The notes under the pieces: generated by a model | What the model saw: only the letters and a program-made list of their open reading frames with translations | What the model was told of the DNA's origin: nothing | Database searches by the model: none | Translations under genes and position numbers: made by a program | Shown here: positions 60,108 through 64,000 of the stretch, in pieces | Layout of the letters: every line of letters begins with the position of its first letter | Numbering within the stretch: the first letter of the stretch is position 1 | NCBI GenBank assembly: GCA_963810095.1 | Contig: CAWEMM010000014.1 | Span: forward strand, 224,001 to 288,000 | Origin: an uncultured Chloroflexia bacterium | Lineage (GTDB): Bacteria; Chloroflexota; Anaerolineae; CG2-30-64-16 | Direction of reading: 5' to 3' | DNA: 64,000 nt

Positions 60108-60330
60108 GGCACTCTCCTTGGCTGTTAGTGGGAATTCGACGTTGGATTCTGCGGCGCGACGTGGCCGGAACTATGCAGTTCCTTCTCCTCCCAATTTACC
60201 TCCTTCTGCGAGGGCGGCTCGCACTCTGGGGCTGGACCCCACAGGCACAATCGGGTTGTTTAGAAGATGAACACGTGAAATCCGGTACAGGTTGGAGGCG
60301 CAACCACTCAGCGACACGGGGGTCAGCCAA

Positions 60331-60361
60331 AAACAAATGCTCTATATTCGATCAGATGTTT
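60331..60361. promoter_or_regulatory. Putative SorC-family operator, copy 1 (CAAATG-N13-CAGATGTT)
   Basis: Overlaps predicted +1 of the minus-strand promoter; same motif and spacing at 60611-60637. Confidence 0.6.
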
Positions 60362-60365
60362 GCCG

Positions 60366-60394
60366 AGTATAGCACGGCCGAAAGGGTTTGTCAA
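60366..60394 (-). promoter_or_regulatory. Sigma70 promoter of the ABC/PTS/UROD operon
   Basis: TTGACA-17 bp-TATACT with extended -10 TG. Confidence 0.8.
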
Positions 60395-60563
60395 CAGGCA
60401 ATTTTTGCGGCGTTGCAATACAAGATTTCGCTTAGCGACGCTCGCCGCAGGCAGGAGACGGCAATTATGTCGGCACCACTGCTTGCGAGCCGAGGGTCCG
60501 GAGTCGTACAATTGCGTAGGTCGCCCACGCTCACGCCAGCGTCCCCTCCGCAGAAACAGCCCA

Positions 60564-60592
60564 TTGACAGGCAGGAGGCGAGGTGATACACT
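60564..60592 (+). promoter_or_regulatory. Sigma70 promoter of the divergent UROD gene
   Basis: TTGACA-17 bp-TACACT with extended -10 TG. Confidence 0.75.
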
Positions 60593-60607
60593 CCGCATTG
60601 TATACGT

Positions 60608-60638
60608 GAGCAAATGTACGAGGATCAAACAGATGTTA
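60608..60638. promoter_or_regulatory. Putative SorC-family operator, copy 2
   Basis: GAGCAAATGTACGAGGATCAAACAGATGTTA just downstream of +1, covering RBS and start codon. Confidence 0.6.
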
Positions 60639-61751
60639 CCACGCGACCGGGTGTGCGCAGCCCTGGAGCACCGTGAGCCGGACCGCGTGCCGCTGAGCCT
60701 CGGCGGCACCGCGCACAAGCTGTCCGACTCGCGGCATGACCTCCTTAAAGAGCATTTCGGCATTACGGGCGACTCGCCGCAGCGCCTCACCGGCGCCTAC
60801 CTGAGCTACGCCGACAACCGGCTGCTCGACGCACTGGGCACGGACATCCGCCAGGTCCACCTGCGGCCGCCCCAGGGTTACCGCGAGAACATGAGGCCCG
60901 ATGGTAGTTGGGTGGACGAGTGGGGCCTCACCCACCGCGTGCTGCCGAGCGGGTTCTACGAATTGGGCGGCACGCCGCTGGCAGAGGCCGGCCGCGACGA
61001 CCTGGATCGCTACCCCTGGCCCGACCCGTGCGATCCGGCCCGCCTTATCGGGCTGCGCGAAGAAGTTGAGACGTTGGCGCACGAGAGCCCCTATGCCATC
61101 GCCGCCTACCGGCCCACCATTTCTGGTATTTTCGAGATGGCGCAGCAGCTGCGGGGCATGGAAAGACTCCTCACCGACCTCGTGCTCGACCGGGGCTTTG
61201 TGGACGGCCTGTTTGCGAAGCTCGCAGAGGTCCAGGCGGAATTCTACCGCGCATATCTCGGGGTGGTGGGGCCCTACGTGCAGATCGTCGAGCTGGCCGA
61301 CGACCTGGGCAGCCAGAGCGGCCCCCTCATCGCCCCCCGCCTGTACCGGGCGCTGCTGCAGGATAAGCACGCCTACCTCGTGCGGACGATCAAGCGGATC
61401 GCACCGCAGGCGAAGGTGATGCTCCACAGCTGCGGCTCGGTGCGGGCGTTCATTCCCGACTTCATTGCTGCCGGGATCGATATCCTGAACCCCGTCCAGC
61501 CGCGGGCCAAAGGCATGGATCCGGCCCTGTTGAAAGCAGAGTTCGGCCGCGAGATCGCGTTCCTCGGCGGCGTCGACGTCCAGCAGACCATGCGTGGCCC
61601 TGTCGAGGGGGTGCGCGACGAGGTGCGCCGGCGCATCGAGGAATTGGGGCCGGACGGGGGGTTTATCCTCGCGCCTTCACATAACTTCGGGGACGATGTG
61701 CCGCTCGAAAATATCCTGGCGTTTTTCGAGGCCGCGCATCAGTACGGGTAA
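60633..61751 (+). CDS. UROD/MtaA-CmuA family protein (paralogue 5, divergent)
   Basis: MLPRDRV..EPDRVP, DEWG, LRGMERLL.D, ADDLGSQ, LHSCG, GGVDVQ, APSHN. Confidence 0.9.
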   Translation: MLPRDRVCAALEHREPDRVPLSLGGTAHKLSDSRHDLLKEHFGITGDSPQRLTGAYLSYADNRLLDALGTDIRQVHLRPPQGYRENMRPDGSWVDEWGLTHRVLPSGFYELGGTPLAEAGRDDLDRYPWPDPCDPARLIGLREEVETLAHESPYAIAAYRPTISGIFEMAQQLRGMERLLTDLVLDRGFVDGLFAKLAEVQAEFYRAYLGVVGPYVQIVELADDLGSQSGPLIAPRLYRALLQDKHAYLVRTIKRIAPQAKVMLHSCGSVRAFIPDFIAAGIDILNPVQPRAKGMDPALLKAEFGREIAFLGGVDVQQTMRGPVEGVRDEVRRRIEELGPDGGFILAPSHNFGDDVPLENILAFFEAAHQYG

Positions 61752-61793
61752 GGGCCTGTCGGTCTGCCGCCGGCGCGGCTGATTCTGACGGGT

Positions 61794-61907
61794 CGCATCC
61801 TTCGACTGCGGCACGCCAGCTGCGCTGGCGCCTCCGCTCAGGATGCTACAGGCGCAGGCAGCCTGAGCGGAGGGCGGTCCGCAGGAGCGCCCGCAGTCGA
61901 AGGGTGC
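61794..61907. repeat. Nested-palindrome repeat element, copy 2
   Basis: GCATCCTTCGACTGCGG..CTCCGCTCAGG..CCTGAGCGGAG..CCGCAGTCGAAGGGTGC. Confidence 0.85.
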
Positions 61908-61965
61908 CGAGCGTCATGGTTCAACAGATTCACTGTGGTTGTACTTAGCGCCGGCGGGGCAAAAT

Positions 61966-62066
61966 GGGAAGCAGATTCAACTGATGCAACTGATTGACAT
62001 GATCTTCGCTTAAGCGGACTGCCAAACGATCAGGGTGATCCTGCCAATCAGTTCAATCAGCGTCCC
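61966..62066. repeat. Palindrome with ~9-bp periodic arms (REP-like)
   Basis: GGGAAGCAGATTCAACTGATGCAACTGATTG...CAATCAGTTCAATCAGCGTCCC. Confidence 0.65.
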
Positions 62067-62257
62067 ACCGGCGGGCGGGCGTCCGTCTCAATGGTCGCTT
62101 CAATCGCGCGCCGGATTCCCTGTGCGCGCTCCTTCGTCTCCCGCGCGCGCTCCAGGTACGCGTCGGCCACCCCATTCTGCCCGTGCTCGGCCAGGTGATG
62201 GCCCATGTGTTCAAGCAGGCTGGCGTTTTCCTCCATCCCGCGCATCGATGCCGTCAC
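62057..62257 (-). CDS. Small 66-aa protein resembling the C-terminal helical tail of CheB-type methylesterases
   Basis: GAGGAGG RBS 7 nt before GTG; SMRGMEENASLLEHMG..YLERARETKERAQGIR. Confidence 0.6.
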   Translation of the reverse strand: MTASMRGMEENASLLEHMGHHLAEHGQNGVADAYLERARETKERAQGIRRAIEATIETDARPPVGR

Positions 62258-62271
62258 GGCGTCGCCTCCTC

Positions 62272-64000
62272 TCAGTTGACCCCGCCCGCAGGCAACTTCG
62301 ACGCGCTCGCTGCGGGCGGCATCACTGGTATCCGCGCCCGCACCACGGCGCCCTCGCCCGGCGCGTCTACGACTTCGACGCTGCCCGCGCAGGCCGCGGC
62401 CCGTTCGCGCATGGACCTTAGCCCCATCGTCATCATCCCCTCGGCCTCGGGCGCAAAGCCTCTGCCATTGTCGCGCACTTCCATGTGCAGCGCGTCGTCC
62501 GCGCGGTCCAACTGCAACCACAGCTCGGTCGCGCCCGCGTGGCGCACCACGTTCTGCAGCGCCTCGCGCGCGATGCCGTACATCGCCTCCTTCGCCTCGA
62601 TCGCAGCCTCCGGCTCGTTGCCGATGACCGCATGGATCCGAATGTCGTTGCGGGCCGCAATGGCGTCCAGTTGATGGCGCAGCGCCAGCACCAACCCATC
62701 GCGGCGGATGCCCTCGGCCTGCAGGTCGAAGATGAGCGTCTTCATCTCGGTCAGCCCCGCGCCCGCCAATTCGACGATGTGGTCGATCCTGTGCCCCACG
62801 AGCGCCTGCCCGGGGGCAAGCTGCGCCTTCGCCGAGTGCGAGGCGAGCCCGATGCTGTAAAAGGTCTGCGCAACGGAGTCGTGTAGCTCGCGTGCCAGCC
62901 GCTGCCGCTCTTCGACCGCGGCCACACGCTGCACCTGGCTGAAGAGCCGCGCGTTAACGACCGCCGTCGCAGCCTGGCTGGCGAGCGTCAGCACCAGGTC
63001 CACATGCTCCTGGGCGAAATGCCCCGGCTCCCTATGATCGAGCCGCAGCACCCCGACCGGCTGGCCTTGCGCCAGCATGGGCGCGGCCAGCCAGGAGCGC
63101 GACGCCCCCAGCAGGTAGCGTTGGAAGCTCCCCGCGCGCTTGTGCCATTCCCGTGTCAGCGGCGTGTTGGCGTTCATGTCTGCGATGATGAGGGGCGCCT
63201 TGCTCTGAATCACCATCTTGAGCAGGGGCGATTCGTCGAGGGTGGCCTGTGACTGGACAAGCTCCTTCCGGTCGGGGGGACCGTCATACGCGGCCAGCGT
63301 GAGCACCTTGCCGTCGAGGAGGAAGATGCCGCACCCGTGGTATTCGACGATCCGCGCCAGCTCTCGCACGATGATCGACAGCACCTCGCCAATATCGAGC
63401 GTGGAGCCGAGCTCGCGCGCGACGACCAACAGCGCGGCGAGCGCGGCTGTGCGCTCGGCCACCCGGTGCTCCAGCCATTCCTCGCGCTCGCGCAGCCCGG
63501 CCTCGGCCTCGCGGCGACGGCCGATCTCTTCGACCAGCAGGCGGTTGCTCTCTGCCAACTGCTTGGTGCGGCGCTCGACCTGCTCCTCCAACTCCTCGTT
63601 CACCCGCTGCAGCGTGAGCTCCGCGCGCTTCTGGGTGTCGATGTTGTTGATTGCGACCTGCCAGACGAGTGCGCCCTCCGTCAGGTCGTGCCGCGTAATG
63701 ACTTCGAGCCGGGCCCAAAACGGCCGGCCGGCCGGGTCCTGGCCCTGCGCTGGCTGCAGGACGAACTCCGCGCTCTCGCTCAGGCCCGCGACGACGAGAC
63801 GCCGCCGCATGGCCTGATAACGGGCCAAGTCTTCGCGGCCGACGAAGGCGCTCAGGGGCCTGCCAGGCAGCAGGTGACGCTGGACGCCGAGGAGGTGCGC
63901 AGCGACCACGTTCGCGCGCGTGATGATGCCATTGAGGTTGACCGAGAGGTAGCCGACGGGGGCATGTTCGTACAGGTCCGCATAGCGCTCGAAGCTGCCT
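62272..64000 (-). CDS. PAS-GAF sensor histidine kinase (HisKA_3/NarX-type), 5' end beyond window
   Basis: Frame open to edge (RYADLYEHAPVGY PAS), coiled coil, GAF, ERQRLARELHDSVAQ, EALQNVVRHA, DNGRGF, MGLRSMRER. Confidence 0.93.
   Translation of the reverse strand, partial: GSFERYADLYEHAPVGYLSVNLNGIITRANVVAAHLLGVQRHLLPGRPLSAFVGREDLARYQAMRRRLVVAGLSESAEFVLQPAQGQDPAGRPFWARLEVITRHDLTEGALVWQVAINNIDTQKRAELTLQRVNEELEEQVERRTKQLAESNRLLVEEIGRRREAEAGLREREEWLEHRVAERTAALAALLVVARELGSTLDIGEVLSIIVRELARIVEYHGCGIFLLDGKVLTLAAYDGPPDRKELVQSQATLDESPLLKMVIQSKAPLIIADMNANTPLTREWHKRAGSFQRYLLGASRSWLAAPMLAQGQPVGVLRLDHREPGHFAQEHVDLVLTLASQAATAVVNARLFSQVQRVAAVEERQRLARELHDSVAQTFYSIGLASHSAKAQLAPGQALVGHRIDHIVELAGAGLTEMKTLIFDLQAEGIRRDGLVLALRHQLDAIAARNDIRIHAVIGNEPEAAIEAKEAMYGIAREALQNVVRHAGATELWLQLDRADDALHMEVRDNGRGFAPEAEGMMTMGLRSMRERAAACAGSVEVVDAPGEGAVVRARIPVMPPAASASKLPAGGVN

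Noticed and set aside
43804-61751. Annotating the UROD-family genes as hemE (heme biosynthesis)
   Set aside because: HemE motif MRQAGR is absent, H-x-C/D metal motifs are present, five copies sit among sugar transport genes and no hem genes are nearby
1-64000. tRNA, rRNA, integrase/transposase, prophage or defence genes
   Set aside because: No cloverleaf/T-loop signatures in intergenic gaps and no ORF with such motifs was seen by eye; tRNAscan-SE and Rfam scans would confirm

Overview
GC-rich bacterial chromosomal segment, most likely Chloroflexota (inferred from the RecG N-terminus MDSAITRLLKVLDLERKQGYRNKAVIGGL, a C-terminal 'xLWLP' tail and PxAV-TM-RRR surface-protein tails). Layout: (1) 1-10.8 kb housekeeping block (recG partial, DegV/FakB, DAK2/FakA, Asp23, rpmB, rpe, class-A-like serine hydrolase, guaA, xpt); (2) 11.4-31.5 kb, a ~20 kb co-oriented Wzx/Wzy-type exopolysaccharide locus headed by a NarL-family regulator, including a Wzc with a duplicated extracytoplasmic module, an unusual priming transferase and an amino-deoxysugar pathway; (3) 31.6-43.7 kb small membrane/secreted proteins, a GT2, a two-component pair and a heterodimeric ABC exporter; (4) 43.8-61.8 kb, the most interesting region: a sugar/polyol uptake and catabolism regulon (CUT1 ABC importer, galactitol-type PTS, FGGY kinase, two SorC-type regulators) whose only other enzymes are five UROD/MtaA-CmuA-fold paralogues, with twin operator motifs behind two divergent near-consensus promoters; (5) a PAS-GAF histidine kinase running off the right edge with a small CheB-tail-like gene behind it. 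Several intergenic REP-like palindromes occur. About 20 single-base frameshifts between 25 and 57 kb look like assembly errors. No rRNA, tRNA, CRISPR array, transposase or integrase was seen. All calls come from motif reading; no database search was run.
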